Below, in pieces: positions 13,824-29,835 of a DNA stretch of 64,000 nucleotides. Below the pieces are notes generated by a model. That model saw only the letters and a list, made by a program, of their open reading frames with translations, did not search any database and was not told where the DNA came from. The stretch spans positions 36,146,001-36,210,000 of the forward strand of contig OZ024744.1 in the NCBI GenBank assembly GCA_964016885.1, given 5' to 3'. The translations under genes were made by a program, and so were the position numbers. The stretch comes from Eledone cirrhosa (Eukaryota). Position 1 is the first letter of the stretch, and every line of letters begins with the position of its first letter.

Positions 13824-16800
13824 CTAAGGCGGGTAAAATTCCCGAGATCCATGGACGAGTTCTCTCCAGCGGTCTCTGTCCCTCATTATCGCTGCCATAA
13901 CCTGCATCTCCAACAGACCAGTGTCTGTCCTTAGGGCATCAACATATGTTAACCTTGGTCTTCCTCTTCTAGTGTGTCCATGTAGGGGCTCCCAAAGGAG
14001 CACTGAGTGCAATGTCAACTCTGGATGTCGGTGAGCATGTCCAGCCAACCTCAGTCTCCTCTGTGTCACTTTTGAGCTGACTTTTGGGATGCTCCCATAC
14101 AGCTCTGAGTTTTCCATCCTCAGTGTATACAGATTAATGTTCAGAGCCATCCTCAGCATTCTCGTGTAGCACCCATCCACCATCTGAGTGAGTCTCTTGG
14201 TCAGTGTCCAAGTCTCAGACCCATACAGCAGCACAGACTCCACTACAGCAATGAAGAGGCGGATTTTCAGGATCTACGAAGGTCCGACTTCCACACCGAT
14301 CTCAAGCTGTGACACGCCGCCCAGGCCCTGCTCTTCCTCTCAACCACATCATCTTCCGTATTCCCAATCTTTGCTCCCAAATACAGGAAGTCCTCAACCA
14401 ATTCCAGCGGCTTCCCGCCTACATTAGTGATCCCCTCTGGCTTCTCAACATTCTCTACCAGATATTTTGTTTTAGTCTCATTCATTCTCAGCCCCACAAT
14501 CATCGACACAGTCTCAACCTCCCGCATCAAATCGTCTGCCTCCTTCACTGTATTTGTCACCAAAACTATGTCGTCGGCAAATTCAGCATCCGATACCTTT
14601 TTCGCCCCAACTCTTCTGCTCTGAGCCGGTGCTACAGTAAAGCCAGAGTCCTGGTGTTTCTCCAGTGCAAGGCGCATACAATAGTCCACTACGATGATAA
14701 AAAGGTAGGGAGCCAATGTATCTCCCTGGAGCACTCCAGCCAGTATCTGAAAGAACTTTGTCATCCCATCAGGTGTAATGACTTGGGCTTTGGTGTTGGT
14801 GTAGAGCAGTGATATCAGGTCCACTATCCTCTTGGGGATTCCATAAGCCTGAAAGATCTTCATCAGGCAGTAACGGTCCACAGAATCAAAGGCCTTCCTA
14901 AAGTCAATGAAAACCATGACCGCAGGAAGGCACTTTGCTCTAGCTCCCTCTAATATCCTCCTCAGCATCAGGATGTGACTGGTGGTTGATCTACCCTCTC
15001 TGAAGCCGTTCTGGTTGTCCCTGAGCTTCTTCTCCATCTCAGGCTGGATCCTGTTAAGAATCATCCTGTTGAGGGTCTTTGCCACAAGTCACGTCAGTGA
15101 GATCCCCCGGTAGTTGTTGGTGTTAGAGAGATCTCCCTTCTTTGGCACTGGGACGATGTTACTGATCCTCCACTGATTCGGGGCAACTCCTTTCTCCAGT
15201 GCCCCGTTACAGAACCCCAGGATGATATCATCAAAATCACACCTCTTCATCACCTCTGATGCCACTCCATCTTCTCCATTAGCCTTGCCCTCCTTGATCT
15301 TCTTCTTGGCTCTCTGAAGCTCCTCTCTGGTGAAGGTCTCTGTCTCAACATCCAGTTCCTCAAACAGCCGCCTGATCTCCCCAGTGCTCTGGGCTGTGGA
15401 GGGTGGCTCTCCTAGTAGGGTCCTAAAATGGTCTAGCCATTTCCTCTTCCTATCCTCGGGCCCCGTTCCCTGGATCTGACTCGAACACCTTTTCTTCCTC
15501 CCTGTGATCTCGTTGATGATCATCCAGCTCTCCTTACATCCAGATCTGTCAACCGCTCTCTCCACACTTCTGATCTTCTCTATCAGTGCCTCCTCTCTGA
15601 CCTCAGTGTAAGCGGTACAGAGCTCTTCCCTCATCACCTCCACAGTCTCCATCCTCTCCTCCGTAGGATCAGCATAGAATTGGTCCCTGGCAGCTTTCAG
15701 GTGTTCTCTGGCTGCACACACTTTTGGGTTTGCAGAGCTGACGTGCTTCCCTTTGTTCTTTTTCCTCGGCACCAGGGTTTCACTTGCTTTCGCCACTGCA
15801 TTGGTGAAGTGCCCGTACCTCCTCGTCACACTCTCCTCAGTCCATCCAATCTCTCTCTCCTCTGACTCTCCACACAGAGCACTAAACCTGTTTCTCACTT
15901 CCACTGTGAACCTCTCCTGTAGCTTATCATCTTCCTTGAAAGCTCCCCAGTCATAGATTGTTCTCCGGGGCTGAGCCTTGTTGTTTCTTAAGCTCACGCG
16001 GACCTCACTCATAACAAGCCGGTGGTCACTACCCAGTGTACTGAAATAGCTGTATGGTTCCGTGTTCAGAACACTATTCCGCCACTTTTTCCTCACCAGA
16101 ATGAAATCAATCTGGGACTTGGACAGGTGCATATCTGAGATGTAGGTCCACATCTTCCCCAGATTCTTCCTAAACCTTAGGTTGGTCGCCATCAAGTTCG
16201 CCTCCAGCAGGGTGTCTCTCAGTAGTCTTCCATTTCAGTTGGTGTTGTTATGGAAGTACCAGCAAGGATCTTCACTGCCCTCTTTACTCAGATGTGCATT
16301 GAAGTCCCCCAAAACAAGCAGGATATTGTGTGCCTGGGTGGTGTTGACAGCTCTACACACCTCCTCATGGAACTCCTCGGCATTCCTCCTCGGTTGGACT
16401 ATAGGCTGAGATGACTGTCAGTCTTGGGTTTCCATTGAAGGTCACCCTCAACACTCGCGGGGAGATAGGCATTATTTCCCTCACCAACAGATTGGTTTTT
16501 GCACTGAACACAAAACCCACTCCTCCTACTGCAGCATTTGTTGTGTTCTTCACTGCCGATGTAGTGATGAGCTGGCTCTTCCTCCCGATCATCACACTCC
16601 TCACGGGCTCATCGTGTAGAATCCTGTGTTCTTGGATCGCAAGTATCTGTATACCACTCTCCTCGAACAGATGTCCCAACTCCTCTCTCTTCTCCAGCGT
16701 TCGAATAGTCCTCACATTCAAAGTGCCCATTTTGATGGCTCTTCTGCAGGACAAAACTGCATTCTTTATATTTGTCTCAGAGACAGCTGATCCATCATCC

Positions 16801-17118
16801 ACTGGCCCTCTCTGTGGCTCTAAGCCAGCAGAGTCATAACGACCAGGCTGCTCCTTGACAGTGTAATTAGGGGCTCTAATCCTAGTGCTGTTAGATCGAC
16901 TCTCCATATTTCTTTTCAATGGCTGACAATACCTTACCGGCGCCACTCGAATAAGGTAGTTATTTAACCCATAAATGGAGCCCTAACAGGTACTACCACC
17001 CCGGGCCAGGGCAGACCTGGGAGTCATGACAACTAAGGGGTAACTCCACATTCCCCACATCTGAACTCCCGAACTGGAGCCTTGCCACTGGATGTAGTTT
17101 AATGTCATACCCAGGACA
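13824..17118 (-). mobile_element. full-length RTE-clade LINE (APE + RT), frameshifted, inserted in (TA)n
   Basis: ORF pieces 16365-16946 (GTLNVRT, QEHR, GGVGF), 15089-16195 (SDH, YRGISL), 14267-15085 (QNGFR, GVLQGD, FADD) and 13824-14243 (LLYGSETW, RLAGH). Both ends abut (TA)n. Confidence 0.93.
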
Positions 17119-17526
17119 TATATATATATATATATATATATAAATATATATATAAAAGTATGAAATATATTAAAAATATATATATAACATCACATAGAGA
17201 TACACAGTGGGCTATACATGAAAGGGTACGCCCAGTTACATGTGTCTACAGAGATGTTGTTACGTTGCTAACATGGACCAATCCACATATGGAATCCTCA
17301 CGCAAAGCCACATCATAGGCGTTCATGGTATTAGAGTAAATAGTTGGCGCAGACCGTACATAGAAAATGATGCAGAAAATATCTAAAAAAGAAGGAACGT
17401 GTAAGCATATAAGAGAGTACACAAGAGAGGTATGAGGTACACACGTCGGTCTGTATACGGAAAATATATTAGGTGTTACAAAATGGAATACGTGGAGAGT
17501 ATGCACTCTCTACTGAAAAGATACAC

Positions 17527-17588
<62 letters not shown>

Positions 17589-18187
17589 TGTTCCGTTAAA
17601 GAACGGAAGTGAACCACAATTATAATAAAGTAGTCAATGCATATTGTAGAGGTGGCGTATTATTTAATTTCACTTCGAGGCAAAGGTTGCAATTTTATGA
17701 CAGTTAATGAAATAAAATGAGATGATGAAATGAAACTTGTATGTATACTGCTTGTGTATAATGGCGTCATTTCCGGTATATTTACTTTTTTACTACCATA
17801 AACGTGTGTATTAATCTGTTTACAAATAGCATTTGATATAGCAGCAATATTTGTAATTTAGGAAGGAGCGTATTTGAACTTCGTTTGTCTCATAAAATAG
17901 GAAATTGATAAAATAATTTAATAAAGGGACTACATAACATCTATTGTTTTCATACCATTATTATCACAACTGAAGCCTAACTATAGTTAAAATATATACT
18001 CTTCTCCGCTTGAATGATAGGCTGACAATTCCGATGTTATGAATTAGTTTGTTAAACAGATATTCCTCCATATGGTGTTAGACATTACCAGGTTTGAAAA
18101 TTAGCGTAAATTATTCGCGTAAGATAAGACAATAGAACATAGATACGTATGTAAAAATCACTAATATAAATACACTGCTCTATATAA

Positions 18188-18280
18188 ATAATTATTTCTA
18201 CTTTTGGCACAAGGTCAGCAATTACCCAGTGCATTACTGGTACTTTATTTTATCGACCCCGTAAGGATGATAGGCAAACG
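18188..18280 (-). mobile_element. Nin-domain-like SINE 3' fragment
   Basis: Reverse complement of 4640-4730. Confidence 0.75.
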
Positions 18281-18489
18281 ATATTGGTAAATCTAAACCA
18301 CAAAATATATATATTTGTCTAGAGAAAAAAATATTTGCGTGAAGTCCTTGGATGAAACATACCAATTAAAACAAGAAGCAATGGGATTAAAGGTATGTCC
18401 CTTATTGTTTATATATCTTTAATGAAATACTTCATTTAATTAACTCGTTGGACTCTGTAAGTGGTTTAGTATGTGTGTATATGTGTGAC

Positions 18490-19265
18490 ATCCGAACGAG
18501 CATCCTTCACCTCCAACTATCTTACCCTCCACCTCTGGGTCCTGGACGACAGTATTTGTCTGGCGCACCCCTCTGTTTTGAATTCATATTCTGAAGACTT
18601 AGCCATGCGGGTGTTTTTGTTTTTAAACTATCTATACTAGACGTCCCGCTGCCCGGTATAATTTCCCGTGTTCTCCTTTCTTACCTATTCTACGCCTCAG
18701 TGTCATTCTTCTTTATCTACATGTTGGACTACAGTCCATATTATTCTTTTTCTTTTTCTATTTCTCTCCTTTCTATATTTTTTCTCTTTTGGCTAAGCCC
18801 TCGCACATCCTCCTCTCCCTTCTTGTTCACTTGATGCACTTCGTGTAATTAGACGAAAGGCATAAATAGACCTGTCTTTGTCTCTACCTGTTTTGTGACT
18901 CCCCAATGTGCACTGGAATACACAATATCAACCTTAATGTATCGAAACTGTAATGGTTTCCAGAAGAGATGGGACTGTCCGTTTTTCCGTTGTTTTTTTA
19001 TAATGTCTTTGTCTTGTACAACCTCTGTTTTGAATATATATACAAGAGATGTCAACATGAATGGACCTGTTATTTTTATCTAAAGACATTTTTTCCAATT
19101 CCATCCCGCCCGTCCCCTCAATCTATCTTATTTCTCATTATTTCTTCTGATAAAGGACTAGCGTCCGAAACGTTAAGACCCTCTTCCTGCTATATCAAGC
19201 GTTAACCTAATATATCCCTTCCATATACTGTACCGATTGTGTTGTTATTTATGTTTACCTTTTAC
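18490..19265 (+). mobile_element. Penelope-like 3' end/pseudo-LTR
   Basis: 19043-19265 is an inverted copy of 21787-22009 and contains a hammerhead motif. Start approximate. Confidence 0.7.
19143..19178 (+). ncRNA. minimal hammerhead motif (G8>A)
   Basis: UCUU-CUGAUAA-A-GGAC(UAGC)GUCC-GAAA-CG-UU-AAGA. Confidence 0.7.
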
Positions 19266-19289
19266 ATACATATATCTATATATATGTAC

Positions 19290-19607
19290 ACATTGAGTAC
19301 ATATTGCAATAGCCTGGGGTTCAAAGGCCTTCAACTCTTCAGCAAGCTTTCAAGAAATTTGAGAGATCTGCATGGTGTGGACGTGGATGTTTTCAAAAAA
19401 ACATATTGACACTCTGCTATCCAGGATCCCAGATGAGCCCACAGCACGGTACGAAGGTAACCTAAGGGCAGCAGCAACGAACACACTCTTGCACCAATTG
19501 CCAGCCAACGCAGGCTGGAGATAGAGTGTATAGCAACAAGGGTTGTGCCCCAGCGTGGCCTCAGCCGGATAGCTGGAGCAGGTAAAAGAGTAAAAGAGTG
19601 AAAGAGT
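19290..19607 (+). mobile_element. CR1-like LINE 3' fragment with (TAAAAGAG)n tail
   Basis: YCNSLGFKGLQLFSKLSRNLRDLHGVDVDVFKK..SRIPDEPT..RAAATNTL. Confidence 0.8.
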
Positions 19608-19859
19608 AATGTTAACAAAATTATTAGGGTTTATGGAGCATTGCATAAATCTAAATATATATTTGGCTTTATAAAACAATGCGGATGAAGTTATAAATAA
19701 TAACCGAAGAGATCTGGTAAAATAATCTTGGAGACGGGAATCGAACCTTGTATCCCATTTCATGACAGATGCTTGGTTCGATTTCCGCAGGCACATTTTC
19801 CCACTTTTCTTCTGTGTGTGTGTGGGGAAAGTAGTTCCAAGATAAAATATTACGTTCTG

Positions 19860-20340
19860 CTCAGGCCTGGTGCAAGTAGCTCAGAATCCATGATGTAAAA
19901 TAATCCCTGAGACTGAGAGGTGTTGAGTAGTGTGGTTGGGGGAACGGAAGTGGCCACAGCAACAGGCGTATCTTTTGCAAGTAGTGTGTCCCTCAGCTTT
20001 TCTAAGAATTGGTCCGCTGTGTGCCGGCCTATTCGTCCGATGTATACTGACCTGCAAAGGGAACACTTGAGGGCATAGACGATGTTGGTAGAGGTGCAGG
20101 TCGAGGAAGGGCTAATATGAAAAAAATGGTTCGCACCTGTGTGAGTGGTGATGTTGGTTATGTAGAGACAGGTATTACAGTGGGACGAGAACAGGGACGA
20201 AAGCCAGCTGCAGTCCTAGGGGAGGTAGAAATAAATCTGTATGAAAAGGTCCCGGAGATTACAGGAGCGCCTAAATACGGTGATATGTGGGTTAGGACAG
20301 AATCGAGATGTGACGGGGTAAGAAACGATACTTTGATGTG
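19860..20340 (-). pseudogene. decayed Penelope GIY-YIG fragment
   Basis: CNTCLYITNIT..CTSTNIVYALKCSLCRSVYIG..HFRSPNH. Confidence 0.8.
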
Positions 20341-21608
20341 TATAACTTTGATAACTTTGATAACTTTGATAGGTTTCAGCCAGTATTGGCCCAGGCCATG
20401 TCTAACTTAATAGCACCACCTGGCGAAGTCTTACAAATCAGTGTTTGGGCACCATGGCCCACTCGAGCAGAGAGTTATTGTTTACGGAGACATATCCGAG
20501 TGTAGGAGGCTTATTCGGGATTTCTTGAAGGAATTTATCCAAAGACTTCTTGAACTTGATGGGGTCTGTCTCTGCTTTGATGTGTTTTGGTGTAATGTTA
20601 AATAGTGCAGGGCCAATTGAGGTGAAATAATTGTGCCGTATTGTTGTTATGTGATGCGAGTGAGATTTTTGTCGTGGGCGGATAGCACGGGGCCCAAGGC
20701 TTGGGTGTATATTAAAGGTGATGCCAACATCATTTGGGCAAAGCTGATGGAATATTTCCACATCATACAGATAATGTAGCGCTCACGGCGATGTTGGAGA
20801 GAATAAAGTTTAAGCTTTTCTAATCGACTCCAATAGTCAAGGCCTGTCATGCCATCTATCTTTTTGTAATTGACCTTTGGGGTGCTTCAACATTCATGAT
20901 ACTTTGTTTCGTGTGGGGTGACCACAGTTGACAACAGTATTCAAGGTGGGGTCGGGCAAAAGTGGAGAAGAGAAGGATAACAGTGTGGATATCTCTCGAC
21001 TGGAAAGTTCTAAGAATCCAGGAACACATTCTGTGGGCCACATCAATATTGCTGTTTATATGAGTGGCCCAGCTTATGTTGTTGTCCACAATTACTCCCA
21101 GGTCTCTGATGTTATTGGATGCCACTAGAGTTTCACCCGAAGGAAGAGGGTATGTTAGTTTCAGGGCATCCTTTTTTCCAAAGCAGGTTAATTTAAATTT
21201 ATCCTCATTCAACAGCATATTCTTCATCTCTGCTCATTGGATAACAGCCAGTAGGCCTGACTGGGACTGAAGGCAAGTCCGGTCACCCACCTCATTGATG
21301 ACCCTTTGGATCTTCGAATCGTCTGCGAAGATTCTGATGTTGCTGTACTTGATGATGTCAGTAATGTCATTAATGTAGATGATGAAAAGAAGTGGGCCCA
21401 ACACAGTGCCTTATGGGACGCCACTACTGACTTTGGCAGGGCTTGATTTTACTCCTTCGACTACAACATGCTGGGTTCTGCCTGTCAGGAAACATTTGAT
21501 CCACTGTAGTAACTTTCCAGAGACACCAACATTGGATAGTTTTTTCAGTAGAATCTTATGATCAACCGTGTCGAAGGCCTTGCTGAAGTCAAGGTAGATG
21601 ACATCAGT
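20341..21608 (-). mobile_element. 5'-truncated CR1-clade LINE with (ATCAAAGTT)n tail
   Basis: DFSKAFDTV, GTVLGP, FADD, RDLGV, PHLEYCCQLWSP, YSLQHRRER, FKKSLDKFL. Confidence 0.9.
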
Positions 21609-21718
21609 ATATATATATAAAATAAAATAAACTATATGATTATAGAGTAAGAATTCACTATTATCTTTGGTAAGTTAAGAGAAGGAATTAATGTAAGTTG
21701 GAAGCCTTGGTCTTTTTA

Positions 21719-24570
<2,852 letters not shown>

Positions 24571-24697
24571 ACTCGTCATATATATATAGAGAAATAATAA
24601 TAAATTTGAAGACTAAAATCCAAAGCTCGATAAGGATAAATATATATCAAATATATAAGAACCCTAGAGCAAATATTTATATATCTCTGTGTGTGTG

Positions 24698-24749
<52 letters not shown>

Positions 24750-24772
24750 CGTGTGTGTGTGTGTGTGTGCGT

Positions 24773-24808
<36 letters not shown>

Positions 24809-24937
24809 AAGTATGCATAAGTATCAGTTGTACTAGGGCGAGAAATAGATTCTAATTTTATAAATATATATATATATATAATAGAAAACACGAGGAAGTT
24901 TCGTTTACATATGAAAAATATTTATTTCGTATCGACC

Positions 24938-25024
24938 TGTTACGCGCGTTTCGCAGACAATTGACTCAAGGTGACCCATAGGAGTTATGGCCTCGACTCC
25001 AGTATTGATCTGCTCCTCAGACTA
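24938..25024 (-). ncRNA. type I hammerhead motif with extended stem II, in a solitary PLE pseudo-LTR
   Basis: GU-CUGAGGA-GCAGA...UCUGC-GAAA-CGCGCG-UA-AC, with AATAAA ~12 nt downstream. Confidence 0.75.
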
Positions 25025-25815
25025 AAATTCGACAAAAGATACATTTTGTTGTTGTGGTGTGTGGGCCGAGAAGGTATATATAGGCCCTATTTTTTGGTGT
25101 GTGGGTGTTTGTGTGTATTTTGGTGTAATTGGTGAGGTGGCAATCTACTACTTACACTATATAAAACCATCCGCTTGCTAGCAGCACTTACTCTAGCATT
25201 CACACCCAAGCGGACGAGAACGAAAAACTTGTTGACGAAGTAAACTCCATTGTTCTATCTTCAAAAACCATTAACTGGCAGACCCCTGCAAGTGGATTTT
25301 GTCGATTTCAGATTTACAGAAACCTAGCGGAGATATTATAGATTATCTGTGATGTATATTATATGGTATATATTATGTGTTGTGTATGATGTCGACGCGA
25401 TGGTCCAGGTTAGTCAAACAAATTTTTCCTGAGTTCAGTCTTTTTCGTCGCTATGGTCACTGCGGCCCGTCTATCGGTTTTTGTCTTCAATTTGTAACTC
25501 TAGGGTTATATACCTTATTGAGTGCTTAGCTGCACACAGAGACTGCATTCGTTAGCTTGGCTGCAACCAGAGTTTCGTTGATGCTGTACTAAATGTTGTA
25601 TATATATATATGTATATATATATTTATATAGGGAGAGAGAAAAAGAGAGAGGGGAGGGAGAGAGAGAAAGAGAAAGATAACTGGCAGTGCTCTAGTAAGG
25701 CCTCAGCCGGTCTGATGGAACACCTAATAGAGTAATAGATAGATATAGATATGCGTGGGGGTGGGGGTGGGGCTGTATATGTGAGTTCATATAAGTATGT
25801 ATATGCGTGTATGTG

Positions 25816-25854
<39 letters not shown>

Positions 25855-26757
25855 ATCTTTATAAACCGAATTCATTTGTATGAGAGACACGTTAACATTT
25901 TTAATGCTCTAAATAGAAAACAAAGCCGAAACAAGTGTTACTTGAAATTAGAACCGAGGAAGAAAAAAAAAACATTTTGTTGAGTTTCCACAATTCCCCA
26001 CAACATCATTATTTTATTCTGTTTATTGATTTCTTTAGAATAGAAAGCAAGTCCGATTTTGATAGTTAATTATAGTTAACCGAGTGAAACCAGTCATATC
26101 AGTTTTGGCTTTTTTTATCGATTATTGACAGCCATAGATAAAGTCTCTTCGCTAGAGTCTGTATGTCGACAGATAAGACAGAAGGTTAAAATACCCCAAA
26201 CGATTTACTCTGAGTCTGCATTATTCTGCCCAACACACCATCTTCTTTATTTTCTCTCTCTATATATATATAGTTGTATGGGCACCAAACATATTTCGAC
26301 CTGACTAGTAGATTCGTAGCATCTAGCTTTGCCTTGCCGGTTTTGTTGTTGCCTTCAGTGCGGTTAATTTTACTGCAAATATTTTGTATTTGTATTCTGT
26401 AAGATTATAACGAGTGACACTTAACATATACATTTAGAAATGTGCATTTTGTCTGTTTTGTTTTATGACCGTGCAACATATACACAACGTGTTAAGCAGC
26501 TTGATTATATATTCGATAAGTTTGGCATATATTTTGGATGACAGTGAACGTAATGTTGACATTTTAGAGTCGGCAAATGTTATAAGTTAAGGAACTAGCT
26601 GTTGAACGACCGGAGCTCAGTCGTCGGTGTCCTGACTCTTTTCCTATTACCCACTCTACTACCCTAAGTATTGAGTACTCTGGTGCGTTATGTTTCACCT
26701 GGTATCTTACCACACGCTCTTTGTTATATATATAAATGTTTCTCTCTCTATATATAT

Positions 26758-26809
<52 letters not shown>

Positions 26810-26811
<2 letters not shown>

Positions 26812-28683
26812 TTATCATCATCATCACTTTACGTCCGCTTTTCCCTACTTACAAGGACTGGTCCTATTCAGCACACCGTCTCTCCACTTGTCACGGTCCT
26901 TCGTCATCTCCTCCGTGAGCTTCAGCAATCTGAGGTTTGCTCTCACCACCTCCACCCATGTTTTTTGTGGTCTTCTTCTACTGTGTCTTACTTCTATTGG
27001 GATTTCTTGGCACTTCTTTACCCAGCGGTCATCCTCCATGCGCATCACATGTCCATACCATCTCAGTCTTCTCTCCAGCACACTAAAACTTATCTCTCTT
27101 ATATACAGTTTCTCTCTCAACTCATCCATGCTTGGTTCTTCACGTACATTGAAATTACACATCCAACACAGCATGCTTGCTTCATGCCTCTCCATCCGTC
27201 GCAGTTGCTGCCCATGTATCACTACCATGCAGCATCACGCATCTCACACAGGCATCATATAACTGGTCTTTCGTACGCACTAGAAACCCTTCTTTTTCAG
27301 CAGAAGAATCAGCTCCCTAAACTTCTTTCAACCCGTCCTTATTCTAGATACTATGGCTTCGGACCCCCCGCCCCTTCCATGCTAATCTGATCACCTAGGT
27401 ACCGGAAGCTATCAACCACTTCTATAGCAACCAGCTGCATTTTAAAAATGTGTCTATCACTGCGACTTCTACTGTCAAATTTCCCTGTACATCTACTGCA
27501 TACGTAGTTTTCCTTATCTGTTAGTTTGCCTGCTATCCCATCTCTTGTGTACCCAAGATCTGCATTGTATATAGTTTATAGAATTTATGCCAATTCGTTT
27601 CCTACATATCGAACATGGCCATTTCCCTGACGGAATCAGAGTTTTGTCCTCTTTTCTACTCATCAACACTTTAATCTTAGCTAGGTTCACTCTCAGTCCT
27701 CTTGATTCCAGCTGCTGTTTCCATAGCCAGAATTTATTCTCTAACTCCTCTACTGATTCTGCTATAAGAACCAGATCGTCAACATAGAGAAGTTCCCATG
27801 GGCAGCCAGTCTTAAACTCCTCTGTTATGGCTTGGAGGACTATAATGAACAAGAGCGGGCTGAGTACCGAACCTTGATGTGCTCCTACTTGTATCTGGAA
27901 TTCCTCACTAAACTCCATTAATTTACTGAAAGCACCCCTGTACAAAGCTTGCACTGTCCTCACAAGCCATTGCTCAACACCTAGTTTCCTTAGGTAAACC
28001 ACCAGATGACAGATCAGGGTACCCTATCAAAGGCTTTCTCTAGGTCAACAAAAGCTAAGTATAGTGACTTAGTCTTTGTACTTTTTTAGTTGCGCTACTA
28101 TTCTTTCTGCCACTTGCATAACCTGATCCATCAGTTTTATGCCCCTATAATTGCTCATCTCCAGAGCATCCCCTTTACCTTTTTAACAATTTATGAGAAT
28201 ACTGCTGCACCAGTCTTTGGGTATGACTCCGCCATATAGAGCTTGATTGACGATGCGTGCAACCAGTTTAGCACCTACTTCTCTTGATGCCTTCAGCATC
28301 TCAGCAAATATGCCCGACGGTCCAGCGGCCTTACCATTTTTCATTTCCTTAATTGCCTCTTGGACCCTATATTCATCAATCTCAATAGCTGGCCCCTCTC
28401 TCGGGTCTACTGGGGGTAGTTTCTCTCTCTCCCATTCGTTCTCCACATTCATTAGCCTCTCATAATGACATTTCCAGGCCACCTCCTTTTTCTGATCATT
28501 AGTGACACTAAGTACACCAGCATCATTCCGGTTATCTCCAATAACATCTTGATATACACTAACACACTGCGTTGCAATGCGAAACACCGCACGTCCCTGA
28601 TCTTCCCGTCGCAGGACATTGGCAAACCTTCTACTCTCAGCTTCCCTGCGTGCTAAGTACACATGACGTCTAGCTTCTCTCTT
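26810..28683 (-). mobile_element. 5'-truncated RTE (BovB-like) LINE with (ATG)n tail
   Basis: MKNGKAAGPSG, DLEKAFDRV, HQGSVLSPLLF, LLYVDD, RLRWYGHVMR. Confidence 0.9.
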
Positions 28684-29194
28684 ATATATATATATATATG
28701 TATGTGTGTGTATGTCTGTGTGCCTGTGTGTCTGTGTGTGTGGATGAATGTGATATACTCTACAAAAGCTTCTCCATTGGAGTCAGTGCCATTTTGTTTG
28801 AAGGGTTAACCCACCTGGTGATGGTGCTGCTGGGATTCATGGACTGCCGCATCATGAAATAAAGCTTTCGGATGAAGAATATAGTTCATCGACCGCTTCA
28901 GAAATCGAACCCACAACATTGTGATCATAATCAAGTTCAACACCTTACCTTACCCCAACCAACGTAGAGTCCTTTATTATAGAAATAGTATGAATAAAAT
29001 AAATGCAAAGCAGTTTTGAACTTTAAAGTATCTGACACCCAATGTTTGACTGTACATTTTTCAGTGAAGCTCTTCATTGGCTGAGACATCAGACACCGCT
29101 ATTCTCAACACTCTCAGTATAACAGCCATCTGCTAAAGTAATGATATTGCCTCTCATCGTCTAATTCATTTATATATATATATGAATTAGACGA

Positions 29195-29273
<79 letters not shown>

Positions 29274-29639
29274 CAGTATATATTTTGTTGGTTTTTTTTT
29301 TTGTCTTTTATTTTACACAATCTAGCTTGTCAAATTCCCACTTATAAGAAAATAGAAAATATTGAACTTCTGTAGCCTATGGACGCTACTAATATAACAA
29401 AAGGAAAATGACGCAAAGAACACGAAGAGCAGTAGCAGTAGCTGCATCAGTAGCAGTAGCTGTAGCAGCCACAGTAAAAGCAACAACAACGAAATGAGCA
29501 CCAACAAATATGCAATGACTGATGCAGCAATAACTGAAAATAAAAATCAATGATTACGAAAGTAATTCAGTGAGGTGATTCTTAATAATAGTTTCCCCAT
29601 CGCCATGTTTTCCCCAGGATGTGATGATTTGTAATAATG

Positions 29640-29792
29640 ATAAAAATGGTTCCTTATTTAGGCACATGGCCAGCAATTTTGGTGAGAGAGGGAAAAATCG
29701 ATTAAATCGACCTCAGTTTGATACTGGTACTTTATTTTATCGACCCCGTAAGGATGAAAGTCAAAGTTAACCCCGGCGGGATTTCAACTCAA
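29640..29792 (-). mobile_element. Nin-domain-like SINE, truncated at the (AAT)n/Dong array
   Basis: ACTGGTACTTTATTTTATCGACCCCGTAAGGATGAAAG. Confidence 0.75.
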
Positions 29793-29797
29793 ATAAC

Positions 29798-29834
<37 letters not shown>

Positions 29835-29835
<1 letters not shown>

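Noticed and set aside
29718-29834. N-terminal extension of the 556 aa ORF (likewise 56698-56837 of the 324 aa ORF)
   Set aside because: Fortuitous read-in from flanking SINE or unique sequence and (AAT)n.
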